Origin: Mayamaea pseudoterrestris
Taxonomy: Eukaryota
NCBI GenBank assembly: GCA_027923505.1
Contig: BROI01000001.1
Span: 1,860,001 to 1,924,000, forward strand
DNA: 64,000 bases
Direction: 5' to 3'
A model generated the notes under the pieces. That model was not told the DNA's origin and did no database searches. It was given only the letters and a program-made list of their open reading frames with translations. Position numbers and translations under genes: made by a program. Shown one piece after another: positions 1 through 10,662 of the stretch; position 1 is the first letter of the stretch; every line of letters begins with the position of its first letter.

Positions 1-646
1 TCAAGATGAGTAGCTTTTTGACAACATCGTTGATGTCCACTTTATCGTACTTGGCGGCTTGGATTTCAGTCACGATGTGACCATCGTCGGACGTCGGATC
101 ATAAACGGACGTTAAGTAGCAGTTAATCAACGCCTCTTTCAATTCTTTTGGTCGTCGACCATTCAATTGTGTCATGTTAATGAAGGGGACTGCGTCGCCA
201 TCCCATATGATCTCATTGCGCTTAAAGTCAAGCGTCATGCCTAGTTGCTGCATCAGTTTGCGGCCAATGATCATGTCATATCGTATGTCTTGCGTGTATA
301 CGTGAGCCTCAATCTTGTCGACTCGTTTTGATTGCGAAAAGTCGGGTAACGTTGAATCCATAAGGTCAATCTTTTGAGCGCTTTCCATCTTTCCCATTAA
401 GGTATGTGATATCATTCGCGCTGTAGTTTTCCTTTGGATCGTTGGATTCAATACTCGTTGGCTGATCCAGGAGCTTGTTGAGCCCGTGTCGAGGAGCGCT
501 GTCAATGCCTTCTTCATTGGCGTTCCGTTCATCTTGCCTACTAATAGTAACACTATGGGCACATGGTCATCAACCCTTTCATTATCAATGTTATCTATCT
601 GATTTACTTGAGCGTTTTCAACTGCTAAAGACTCGGCGGGTCTTTC
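1..646 (-). mobile_element. pol: Ty3/Gypsy pol, N-terminal part (aspartic protease), runs off the window end
   Basis: Hand translation of the minus strand is open from 646 to 1: ...KKALTALLDTGSTSSWIS...YDMIIGRKLMQQLGMTLDFKRNEIIW..., i.e. retropepsin DTG and IIGR motifs. Confidence 0.85.
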
Positions 647-2008
647 TCATTCTTCTTTCTTTTCATCCTCCATTTCGTCATCGTTAATATCGAGCGACTC
701 GAGTTCTTCTTCAAGATCTTCGATCCCAATGTCTTCCATATGGTGTGGCTCTTCGTCCGCTTCCATTGGTTCATCTCCATCCTCCTCTTCGGAAGGCATC
801 TCTTCATCCTTTGTCTCTTGTTTGGATTCTTCAATGACGTGTTGATCTTCATCGTCGTTGGATTCGCTGTCGTATGCGACATCGTCGATAGCGTGGCGAT
901 CGTTGTTATTGTTGTTGCTCCTTGAAGAATTCTTCTTCGAGCTAACCTTTGTCCATCTTACCTTCTTCTTTGCAGGATCCTTGTCTTCTTCTTCTTCCTC
1001 GTCTTCAACGCGGTAAGGGTTCTCAGGGCAATGGATCCACAGATGGTTATGTCCTGGTTTGTAACAACGAACGTTGCTGCGGCGTGAGTTGAAGCCTCGG
1101 CCTCCGTTGCCTCTGCCTCCATTGCCTCGACGGCCTCTTCCTTGTGCTGCGCGAGCACGGTAGTTGTCTTCGGCGTCCGTCTTGTTGCGGCGCTTGCGCT
1201 GAGTCTCTTCTTGAGCGCAGCGGCGAGCTGTCTCTCGGATCTCGTCACGTTGAAGCTTGTCGAAATACTTGCATAGCTCTGCTACCTCCATATCTTGGTA
1301 ACTGACGTGTGGCATCGCGTTCAGCGTCTGCTGGTGCTTGGCAGGTTGCTTGGTAAACATCCAATTGCGAATCTGCACTTGGGTGAAGATGTCATCGTTC
1401 ACATCGGGGTTGCCTGTACGAGGAAACCACTTGGTAAGCTTGTGGATCATGTCAAAGCGTTGCTTAAACTCGCTTGTCGACTTGGAGAAGGGCTTCGGGG
1501 CAGTCTCCAAGTAAGTCTTTTGCTCAACGAAATCTTCGTCGGTGGTCATGTAAAGCAGGAGCCATTCTCGTTGGCATCTGCCGACGGCGGTGACACGCGC
1601 CTGGACGTTGCCTTGAGCCAAAGGATTGATCGTGGCGACGATTCCATCAAAGGCGTCCTTAAAGACCTCTCCGAGCATCTGTCGAAAGGTGTTAATGAGC
1701 TCAACTGGGTTGTTCACAATGTTGAGTACCTTGGCGGCCTCGCCATGGTTGACAATCGTGCGGATGAGAACCTCCGGGTCTTGTACATCGCAACGATGAG
1801 CCTTGTACTTGCGGCCGTTTCCGTAGATGGTGACACTTGGCAAGTCTTCGTACACATGCCATGGTTTGAAGGGTATCGGGACGTCGTCGTCGTCCTTCAT
1901 GGTGATGGGATGCTTGCTTTTCTTAACTTGATTTCCAACTGGTTCTGAATTCAGAGTGATACGTCGGGTGGTTAAAATGAAATTATGAGCTCTTTTATCC
2001 ATCGACAA
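647..2008 (-). mobile_element. gag: Ty3/Gypsy gag-like ORF
   Basis: 453-aa ORF with an RGG-rich tract, a zinc-knuckle-like CYKPGHNHLWIHC motif and an acidic tail, directly upstream of the protease. Confidence 0.75.
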
Positions 2009-2208
2009 CTATACTAATAAACGTGAGCTACAGCTCCAAATGTTTAGTCGTGGGCGTTGGCCCGTGGCAACGCCAATTTAGATAGCTATTGGGCGAGTAG
2101 CTAAATCTGAAGTTGAGAAGCCCGCCCGTTCCAACGCTATGTCGCAACGGTACGGATCTTTCAGGTTGAATCGATCCTTTCAAAGATGTCATAACTGATT
2201 CGTCGACC

Positions 2209-3840
2209 ATGGCGTCTCGGCCGTCCTCCTGGCTGCTGCGGGCAGTGACTGCCGTCACTGCGACTCCGTTTGTTTTGTGCGAAGATTCTGAAAGTAAAGC
2301 CGAAACAGTGAATTCGAAGCAGCAACCGCGCTTCTCCTCCTTCTCTTCGTTTCCATCTACCAAGCAAAACGTCGCTGCACCTACACCGACAGCTAATGCC
2401 AAGCCTCGTAGCAGCCTCTCCTCGCCATATATTGTAGCAACGCAAAGCAGAGTCCTACTAGAGTTTGATCCATCGTATAATGATGCTGAACATACAAGAA
2501 CTGGTGACAGCAAACCGTCCGTCACGGAAGACGACGGTGACACGGCCAAGGAACATGATGCCCATGATTCAACGACGGAAAAGGAGAAACATGCTCAGGA
2601 AGATTCCTATCCAAATTTTTCGCGGCACGGCAAGAATGCGTTACTACCAAAATACTTGACCAAGGAACTATATATGGAGCTAGTCAACGAAACGACGGAA
2701 AACGGCGTCAACTTGGAGCATGTGATTCGCGCCGGCGTTTGCCTGCCCCACGGCGCCCAGCCGCCCCGCGGCATTTCCGGCGTCTTTGCCGGAGACGCTT
2801 CCAGCTATCGGACCTTTGCCAAACTATTTTTGCCGCTGCTGGAAGACTTTCACCATACACCAAAGTATCGCAAGCACAATAACAAGCAAACGCAGCAACA
2901 GCAACAACAAGATCAACAACAAAAGCAAACACCCCAAAATCAGTCACGTTCCTTGCAACGCTTCCAATCCAACCTGAATCCGCAACACTTGCTCAAGCAC
3001 CAGCTCGACCCGGACGGCACGTACATTTTGTACACGCGCATGCGCTTGGCGCGCTCCATTGAAAGCTTTTCGTTTGGTCCCTGCATTTCACGCTCCGACA
3101 GAAGAAGGGTGGAAGGGTTGCTCAAAACGTGCGTGCAGGATTGGAACCTCAACAAGCACAACAAGCTTACGGGTGGCAAGTACTTGAGCTTATTGGAAAT
3201 GACCAATGCGCAGCATGAGGACTTGATACGCCGGCGACTGCTCTTTCGCGATCCCAGTGAGTTTGACATTTCGGCAGGCTTGGGACGCGACTGGCCGGAT
3301 GCGCGCGGCATTTTCTGCGACGACTGGGAAAATACGTCTATCATGATTTGGGTGAATGCACCGGAGGACCACTTGTGGATCATTTCCAACTCCAAGGGAG
3401 GAAACGTTCAATCTGTTTTCACCAAGCTTTCGCAAGCCGTGTGGGCGCTTGAAACGAGTCTAAAGCACCAAGGCTACTCGTTTGTGGAAGACAAGCGTCT
3501 TGGCTTTTTAAACTCGTGTCCATCCAACATTGGACCCGCGCTCAAGGCAAGCGTCTATGTCAAGCTGCCGCGGATATCACGACTCCCGGGCTTTTACAAG
3601 CTCATTCGCAACTTGCGACTGGAGGCGATTTCCTCGTACGAGCGATCCGACAAGCGATTCACTGGCATTTTTGACATTGCCAATGCCGAGTCGCTAGGTA
3701 AGAGTGAAGTGGAGCTCATTAACATTATGATTCGGGGCGTTGGCATTTTGATTGAATTGGAAAAGAAGCTTGAGAATGGAGATCAAGTTGATTTATACAC
3801 TGAAATTGACAAGCTAGGTGGCGCGCCTTTGAATGATTGA
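2209..3840 (+). CDS. ATP:guanido phosphotransferase (arginine/creatine kinase family), divergent
   Basis: Motifs TRMRLARS, GRDWPDARGIF, WVNAPEDHL, LGFLNSCPSNIG, FDIAN..LGKSE. Confidence 0.85.
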   Translation: MASRPSSWLLRAVTAVTATPFVLCEDSESKAETVNSKQQPRFSSFSSFPSTKQNVAAPTPTANAKPRSSLSSPYIVATQSRVLLEFDPSYNDAEHTRTGDSKPSVTEDDGDTAKEHDAHDSTTEKEKHAQEDSYPNFSRHGKNALLPKYLTKELYMELVNETTENGVNLEHVIRAGVCLPHGAQPPRGISGVFAGDASSYRTFAKLFLPLLEDFHHTPKYRKHNNKQTQQQQQQDQQQKQTPQNQSRSLQRFQSNLNPQHLLKHQLDPDGTYILYTRMRLARSIESFSFGPCISRSDRRRVEGLLKTCVQDWNLNKHNKLTGGKYLSLLEMTNAQHEDLIRRRLLFRDPSEFDISAGLGRDWPDARGIFCDDWENTSIMIWVNAPEDHLWIISNSKGGNVQSVFTKLSQAVWALETSLKHQGYSFVEDKRLGFLNSCPSNIGPALKASVYVKLPRISRLPGFYKLIRNLRLEAISSYERSDKRFTGIFDIANAESLGKSEVELINIMIRGVGILIELEKKLENGDQVDLYTEIDKLGGAPLND

Positions 3841-3902
3841 TTTAGTAAAGCAAGTATAAGCTGCTACCATAGTCTTTAATATTACATATCCAGCCATAAT
3901 AT

Positions 3903-4928
3903 TTACTTCTTGTTATTAGAAAATAGTATGGGAGCTGCCGCTCGAAAATACACACTGCCACTCGTCACTGTGATCAACGCCGAAGCGTACAGCATGACTT
4001 GCGCGGGCACATAGAGTTTACCCAGCGCCGCACTAGCCGTCGTGACGATTCCAGCACTATCATTTGCCGGCACTGCCAGCAGCAGCGTCAACGCCACCAT
4101 GGTCAGTGCCGCCTTGACCTTGCCCTGCATGCCCACCTTGACCGTTTCTCGCGCGTTGCGCGTCGCCATCCACTCGCGGAGCGCCGAAACGGCCATCTCG
4201 CGCGCCAAAATGACGCATGAAGGAATGGCCACTCTGACGCCGTAGCGGCCCGTCAGTAGTATCAAGCAGGTGCTCACCATTAACTTGTCGGCGACGGGGT
4301 CCAAAAAGGCGCCAAACGAACTGGACACGTCCCACCGCCGCGCCAGGTAACCGTCCAGCCAGTCGGTCAATGAGGCGACGGCGAAAATGAGACTCGTAGC
4401 AACGTGCATGTTGGGCTGGTAAAAGGTGTAGACAAAGAGTGGAATGGCGGCGCATCTCAGATAAGTCAAGTAGTTGGGGAGCTCGTGCCACGGAAATGAC
4501 GGAAACGCTCTTCGAATAGCTCCGGCTGGTGTCGCGTTTGGTCCGAGTAAGCTGTTCGTCTGCGGAGGTGGTTTGACGGATGGAGTGCTTGTGACGGAAG
4601 TGTCGGTGATGACTGGAGGAACGGGGTCAGGAGCCAGTAAGTCGGTAGATGCTGCTGGCAATGTAGTAGCTGCCTTAGCATTAACTGCAGCAGGCGCCGG
4701 TGCCAACGGCGTGACGAGTGTCGTTGGTGCCGGACGGTCTCCCATGGGCATGGTGGCCTTTTCCGTTTCCGAAAGCTCACTGCTGCCACTGCTGCTGCCT
4801 CCCCTCCAGCGCCGGACAAGGTTGCGTTGATCCACCATTTTCGACGGCATGAATGAGGTAACGGCGTACGATGAAAGAGTGAGACTCAAAATCACCGTCA
4901 GGGAAAAGACGAGGCGCGATCGAGACAT
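3903..4928 (-). CDS. pgsA: Phosphatidylglycerophosphate synthase (CDP-alcohol phosphatidyltransferase), probably plastid-targeted
   Basis: LPNYLTYLR and TDWLDGYLARR...FGAFLDPVADK signature. Signal and transit peptide follow the ATG at 4928. Confidence 0.9.
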   Translation of the reverse strand: MSRSRLVFSLTVILSLTLSSYAVTSFMPSKMVDQRNLVRRWRGGSSSGSSELSETEKATMPMGDRPAPTTLVTPLAPAPAAVNAKAATTLPAASTDLLAPDPVPPVITDTSVTSTPSVKPPPQTNSLLGPNATPAGAIRRAFPSFPWHELPNYLTYLRCAAIPLFVYTFYQPNMHVATSLIFAVASLTDWLDGYLARRWDVSSSFGAFLDPVADKLMVSTCLILLTGRYGVRVAIPSCVILAREMAVSALREWMATRNARETVKVGMQGKVKAALTMVALTLLLAVPANDSAGIVTTASAALGKLYVPAQVMLYASALITVTSGSVYFRAAAPILFSNNKK

Positions 4929-5198
4929 GAGAGAGAAAGAGTCTGTAAGAGGTGCCAAGGGAGTTGCTGCGGATAAAAGCTTCACAAAGATACGCACGTT
5001 GATGTTGCATGTCATGGTCGACGGTCGCAAATCGTTTTCGAAAAGTAAGTACCGCTGCGATGAAAAAGCAGTCGTGTTCGTGACTCACAATTGCGTGGCT
5101 GTCAAGCGTCGTCGAGAGATCAAACTGCAACTGTTCCTTCATCACTGGTCCCGCCGCCTACCGACTGCACTTTACACCTTTATAATATATAATTCAAG

Positions 5199-5513
5199 AT
5201 GCATCTAATGTATTACCTTGATACAAGTGGAAAGCGGGTGTATACGCTCAAGGTGAGTTGCGATAATGTGGAACAGAAGACAGCCATGTCGATTGACTGA
5301 TTTTGTTGCTGCATGCTGCTAGGTCTTGCTTGATACAAAACTTCCTCATGAATTACTGCTCTTTTTACACAGAAAATGACACCGACCGAAAAGGTGACGG
5401 AGAGTGCCCATCCCGCACGTTTCTCGCCCGACGACAAGTTTTCGAGGCAGCGCGTCGCCTTGAAGAAGCGATTTAATATCTACCTTCCAGACTCGCCGCA
5501 GAAGCAATTTTAA
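5199..5513 (+). CDS. NOP10: H/ACA RNP subunit Nop10 (exons 5199-5252 and 5373-5513, 64 aa; missing from ORF track)
   Basis: Spliced translation [52 protein letters not shown]... across a GT-AG intron at 5253-5372. Confidence 0.95.
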
Positions 5514-5678
5514 AATGATTGAACATATATATATAGAAACAAAAAAGTTGCAATGAATATATTTATTACTATTGTATGCGTGCATTCAAGGGGCAGGCAG
5601 AAAGGAGCCGCGTTCATTCATCAGACAGAAGCAATCCATGGCAGGGCATTTCTTTCCGTGTATAGAGCAGCAGAAAAG

Positions 5679-6023
5679 CTAGACTCGTTTTCGCTTCTTC
5701 GCTTGCCCATCACGAGCACTCGCTTCATCCATCTTTCGCTTTTGACTCGACACCTTTTGCAGCATGGGTGCCGACTTTAATAAATCCGGAAGCGCAATGA
5801 ATCGAATCGATTTGCCGCGCAAGTACACCGTCGGTAGCTTGGATATTTGACCAGTCCGCGACGTGCGCAGTACTTCGGAGAGGCTCACGTTCATCGTGTC
5901 TTCGGCGCCCAGCAGCAAGCCGCGGTAGATTTCGCCGCTCTTGAGTTCGACGGTGATTTTCATGCCTTCGGCTTCGTACAGCAGCTTGATGGGAATGCCA
6001 ACAGTGTTGGTGGTGGAAGTCAT
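5679..6023 (-). CDS. SmD3: Small nuclear ribonucleoprotein Sm D3-like
   Basis: VGIPIKLLYEAEG..ITVELKSGEIYRG..AEDTMN..VYLRGKSIRFIALPDLLKSAPM. Confidence 0.9.
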   Translation of the reverse strand: MTSTTNTVGIPIKLLYEAEGMKITVELKSGEIYRGLLLGAEDTMNVSLSEVLRTSRTGQISKLPTVYLRGKSIRFIALPDLLKSAPMLQKVSSQKRKMDEASARDGQAKKRKRV

Positions 6024-6700
6024 GATGATTGCTATTTCTTTATATGTTTACTAGTGCTTTTCACTGTTATGCTTAGGCTGCGTTTTTGTTCGTTGATGCG
6101 TCGGCAGGTAAAGTTGATGTGTGCACGCTGGATCCATGGTGGAGCCAGACGCTGCGTAGTTACTACGAGAACCACTGCGATGCTTGCTATGATCCGATTC
6201 CATTGAGCCGGATGTACAATACAATGCAGTATAAGTACTATATTGCATCTCCCCTTTTTACTACGCTGGAGAGCATTAGAGCAGCCATTAACATTTTTAT
6301 AGATTTCGAGTCTGGCCTGTGAGGGGGAACAAGTACACGCGTACGCGTAGGTGTCGATGTGCATTCTGCGACTGCTGCCATGATCGGGTTATAAAAAGGA
6401 TTGAAGCCTTACTCTAGCAGCAGACGACGAATTTAAGCTTGCCGACGAATAGACATCATGTCGAGCATGTTGCACAGCATAAGTTGGTGTCAATGGATTG
6501 GCGCGATTAACTGTAAGGTGATCAACAATTCGCACCCTCGCTTTCAGTGCTTCCGCTATCTCCTATCGGGTATAATTTAAACTGTTGTAAAATCTTTATT
6601 TGATACTGTAATTGGTGCTATCCTAATGTGCTATCGTACTGCGAGAAAACATTCGAAAGCGAGCACATGGCCGATGCACGCTCTCTAAACACTCCTTTTC

Positions 6701-7495
6701 TTAAAATGCCACTGATAGTCGCTTGCGCATCTTGGCCATTTTGCCACGCAGTCCACCCTTTCGTCGCTGATCCTTGGGATCAATGGCCGCACCCCCAGAA
6801 TGTTCATAAACGTTTTCCATGCCATCGTCCGAAATGCTCGAGCGAGGTCCTCGACTCTTTGGTTCGCGGTGCTTCTTTGTAGGACTTTTGGTCACTTTAG
6901 CTTCCTGCGAATGATCCAAGTAGGTGGAAGAGTTGTCATTGTCATGAACCGGGTCACGAATGACTTCCTCCTCCTCGGCTGGCTCGGGTTCCTTTGGCTT
7001 GGTGGGCGCTGCAGTCTTTACGTTCGCCCCCGGCGGCGGCCCAGCAAGATGCTGCAGCATGGCAAGACGGTCTCCGTCAAAGTGAGCCGGAGGCGGCGCT
7101 CCATTTGCTTCTCCTTCTCCCGAAACCAGTGAATACTTGGTCACGGAACATCGGCGCTTGACTTGTCCGCGTCGCTTGGGAGCGGAACGAGCACCACCAG
7201 GGGCTCCTTCATCGTCACTCGTTCCATAGCCCATGTTGTTGCCATCATCGCTCGAGCCATATCCCATGTCTTGGTCGGGCTTGGCGTCACCGTATCCCAT
7301 GTCTTCCGCCGGAGCCGCATCGCCGTATCCGTAGTCTTCGGCTGGTGGAGCAGCATCGTCGTCTCCATAACCGTAATCCGTTTCCGGAGCAGCATCGCCG
7401 TAACCGTAGTCGTCTGCGGAAGGCTCAGCCTTGCCATAGCCGTAGTCTTCCTCCTCGGCTGCTCCGTATCCGTAGTCAATGTTTGCCATGGTCAT
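6701..7495 (-). CDS. Low-complexity protein with YGYG/MGYG repeats
   Basis: 264-aa ORF with eight [DM]-x-GYG units in an acidic N-terminus. Confidence 0.7.
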   Translation of the reverse strand: MTMANIDYGYGAAEEEDYGYGKAEPSADDYGYGDAAPETDYGYGDDDAAPPAEDYGYGDAAPAEDMGYGDAKPDQDMGYGSSDDGNNMGYGTSDDEGAPGGARSAPKRRGQVKRRCSVTKYSLVSGEGEANGAPPPAHFDGDRLAMLQHLAGPPPGANVKTAAPTKPKEPEPAEEEEVIRDPVHDNDNSSTYLDHSQEAKVTKSPTKKHREPKSRGPRSSISDDGMENVYEHSGGAAIDPKDQRRKGGLRGKMAKMRKRLSVAF

Positions 7496-8101
7496 GCCAA
7501 AATGCTTTGATGAGTGTTTGTGAGTTGAGGGAAGCTTGGGTGCGTGTGACAGAGAGGGCGCGCGGCGATTGGAGAGGCCGCTTTCGAAAATGACCCGAAA
7601 TGACTCTCTTGTTAAGCCGATGGTGTTCGTCGCACGAAGAAACTAAGGTTCGGGTTCAATTCACGAATAGAATTTAGCTACGCATCATGAAACAGGGGAA
7701 AGTTACACCTGACCTTCCGTACTCGTAGGTTGTAGATTTGAGGTAGACACTTGTGAATAAATGTGTATGCGATTACAGGTCTAATTTTTTTTGTAATCAG
7801 TCCATAGTCTGTTGTTACCATGAAAACACTGTGTTTGTGTTCGCGTCACCAATCATTACTTACAACTATAGCATTTGGTCGCATTTCCGTACATCATAAA
7901 GCTTGTCATGAAGGTTAGTGTCAGTGATGTTATTAGTTGCGGCTACAGCGAAGATACGACGCTTTACAACCGAGTTGCAATACTACTGTACCGTAGACGG
8001 GCAGCTTTCAAAATATGCATGCCTCCATCACTTTCAGCAACACATAGACTGCAAAATCGCCAAGTAACGACGCAACATATACTAGACTACATCCAATTGC
8101 A

Positions 8102-8800
8102 TTAAGAATCTTTCTTTCTCATCATGAAATTTGGATCTCGTCGAAACTTTGCTTCGAATCGCTGAAACCATCGATCAAAGATATTCTTTGGCACCACCAT
8201 TTGATTGGACCCTCCACTCCCAGTGTCAAACGACTGCATGAAGGTGAACAAGTCGTAGGCAATCGTTTGCGCCACCATTAATCGGCGATTGTGCATGTCG
8301 GCAGGTGCATTGGAAACGTTTAACACATTCTGCAGTGGCTCCAGTGCGACGCCAATGGTAACGTAGACGGGTTGGTTGCTGCTGGATACTTCCAAGAGTT
8401 GCTCATGCTCGCTCCAACCAGTCGCAAAGACGCGGGATGGTATCGTTGGTGTCAATGAACCTAGTAGTTCAAAGCCAGTGGATGGTGGCACTTGGTTGGG
8501 AGCCACTGGAACGTCGGCTGTGATTTGCCAGTAGACGAGCACGCCGTAGTTGGGCGGTAACGGAACGTTTGGCATGAGGAATAGTACAATTTCGGATATA
8601 CTGGAGAGTGGAGCTGGTAAATCGCCTGGACAATGGAGTCTTAGAGCAAATTTCTGACCTGATGCGTCGACTGGAGCAAAGTCGGTTCGGACTGGACAAC
8701 CATTGACGACGAGGCCAAACAGGTGCTGTTGCTGCTGCTGTGGCTGCTGCTGGGCAACTGTCGGACCTCCATTTGTCTGTGTAGGTAACGTAAAGTTCAT
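8102..8800 (-). CDS. Hikeshi/OPI10 (DUF775) family protein
   Basis: FGLVVNGCPVRTDF at the N-terminus and VVPKNIFDRWFQRFEAKFRRDPNF at the C-terminus. Confidence 0.85.
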   Translation of the reverse strand: MNFTLPTQTNGGPTVAQQQPQQQQQHLFGLVVNGCPVRTDFAPVDASGQKFALRLHCPGDLPAPLSSISEIVLFLMPNVPLPPNYGVLVYWQITADVPVAPNQVPPSTGFELLGSLTPTIPSRVFATGWSEHEQLLEVSSSNQPVYVTIGVALEPLQNVLNVSNAPADMHNRRLMVAQTIAYDLFTFMQSFDTGSGGSNQMVVPKNIFDRWFQRFEAKFRRDPNFMMRKKDS

Positions 8801-9037
8801 TGCAAGTATTAGAAGCACACCAACGGTTTAAGTGACGGAACAAGTGAGATCGCAGCCTTTGACGTGGAATGTGATGGAATGAAGAAACGACGATGAGCTC
8901 TCACAAATCTTCGCGTCACATCGGTTATGAGTGGGCCTAAATCGTACCGGTACTCGGTTTGATCCGACGACGCGTTCCATCTTTCCATCACTTCGTGCGG
9001 CACGATCAAGTAAATCAGCATCAAGACTATTGCCATA

Positions 9038-9688
9038 ATGGGACGCGGACAACTTGTATTCAAGGGTGAGAAACCATCGAAGAAGAAGAAGGCGACCAAA
9101 CACAAATCGGATCCTTTGCGCGAGGAACAACAGCACGTGACGCAAGCAGAAGCAGCCGACTCTGCGCCAGCACAACCTTCCATGTTAGTTGCAGCAGCAA
9201 CAACAACAGCATCAACAAAACCACCATCTACTCCAACCGTACAAAAGGGCATTGGAAAGATTACAACGTCGGGGACCGTCGTGACGGGACACGGAACGCA
9301 ATTCACCAGGCAACTTAACGTTGGCGACGCCATGCTTGTGACGCAACAGGGGCAGCAGGAAATGCGCGTGGTTACCATGCGACTCAGTGACACGTCCATT
9401 AATCTTTCGAGCGTTTTGAGTAACGATGTAAAGCATCCAAGTGACTTTGAATTCATCGTCAAGCCTCGAGCAGCAGCATCCTTGTCGAAGCAATCGAATA
9501 ACGACAACATACTCAAGCAGGAGGAGCAGGCAGCCTTTGGCACGTTTAGTAGTCACAAGGAGCTGATATACCACGAAAAGACGGAGCATGGGTCCTATCG
9601 CATCAAGAAGCAAACGGTGGAGGGAGACGTGACACGGAGCGACTTGCTGCAAATGCGGGCCAAGAGAAAGAGTGACAAGTATTGTTAG
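9038..9688 (+). CDS. Probable nuclear protein with FRG1-like termini
   Basis: N-terminal QLVFKGEKPSKKKK and C-terminal LLQMRAKRKSDKYC resemble FRG1 ends as recalled from memory. Confidence 0.6.
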   Translation: MGRGQLVFKGEKPSKKKKATKHKSDPLREEQQHVTQAEAADSAPAQPSMLVAAATTTASTKPPSTPTVQKGIGKITTSGTVVTGHGTQFTRQLNVGDAMLVTQQGQQEMRVVTMRLSDTSINLSSVLSNDVKHPSDFEFIVKPRAAASLSKQSNNDNILKQEEQAAFGTFSSHKELIYHEKTEHGSYRIKKQTVEGDVTRSDLLQMRAKRKSDKYC

Positions 9689-10056
9689 AGTAGTCAATAG
9701 TGACAGTGGCGACGATAAGATTGCAATGAGATGACGGATGGACGGATGATGAATGAATAAGTACTGTATTTAAAAAGGTGCTTAGTTTTCTTTGTCGTTT
9801 GCAAGATGCCATTCACTTCGAGGGAATTCTGGTCATTGCAATGGCCCACTATGGTACGTTTCGTGAAGGTTAAGATGTCAAGATATTTCACATCACCTTG
9901 CTATATTTGCAATTGTAAACAAAAGTTCTTTTATTAAAATGCAGTTTAGTAATCACAAAAGCTGTACGTGAGGCAGCAACAACGTGGCCGACACACGATA
10001 CATCCAAGCCCACAGTGCCAAGTTCTGTGTAATGCAGCATTCGAGCCATGCCTTGT

Positions 10057-10662
10057 TCAGTTTATAGATCGCCTCCTCGATGGTCTTATCACTTTAATGA
10101 TGGCTGACGATACTGCATCAAAGACACGCTCCCAACTAGCTCGCGTATTTGCGTCAAACTTGTCGCCCAGCGTTTGTTCGAGCGCCGACATCATGGATTG
10201 CTCCAAGACTCGCCAATGCTCTGGTCGTATTTTCGCAAACAATCCAGCTTCGTTTCCCATTTCCATGAGTTGCGAAAATAGCATGTCCATGTCTGGTCCC
10301 AGCGAACATACAATAAAATCAAGTGTTGATGCACATTCGCGTGCGCTTGCTTTAAATTGAGGAGATTCGTACATCTTGTCGCCTTTCGTTCCGAATGGAA
10401 GGAAGACTGCAACAGCGAATGGATCTAATTCTAGTGACCTGTAGTTACAATGAATGTCAGACATGAAACAATCCCTGAATTATTCCCCTTCGACTGCACC
10501 TTGACAGCGCCAGAAAGACTGTCGAAGCAATCAACGATCAACGCAAACGCACCGTCGAATCATTTTGGTCCCAAACGAGTCTTCCCAATTTGGATCATTT
10601 CTAACAGCATCCCAGCTATTGCTGATGGCCATGGTGGTGTCGTAGCTTACTGGAGTGATCAT
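10057..10662 (-). CDS. Single-domain globin-like protein (exons 10662-10553 and 10438-10057)
   Basis: Spliced: MITPVSYDTTMAISNSWDAVR..FGTKMIRR|SLELDP..LGPDMDML..ALEQTLGDKFDANTRASWERVF, with GT-AG intron 10552-10439. Confidence 0.8.

Noticed and set aside
7140..7480. GYGD as a potassium-channel selectivity filter
   Set aside because: No transmembrane helices; the motif is repeated in an acidic disordered context.
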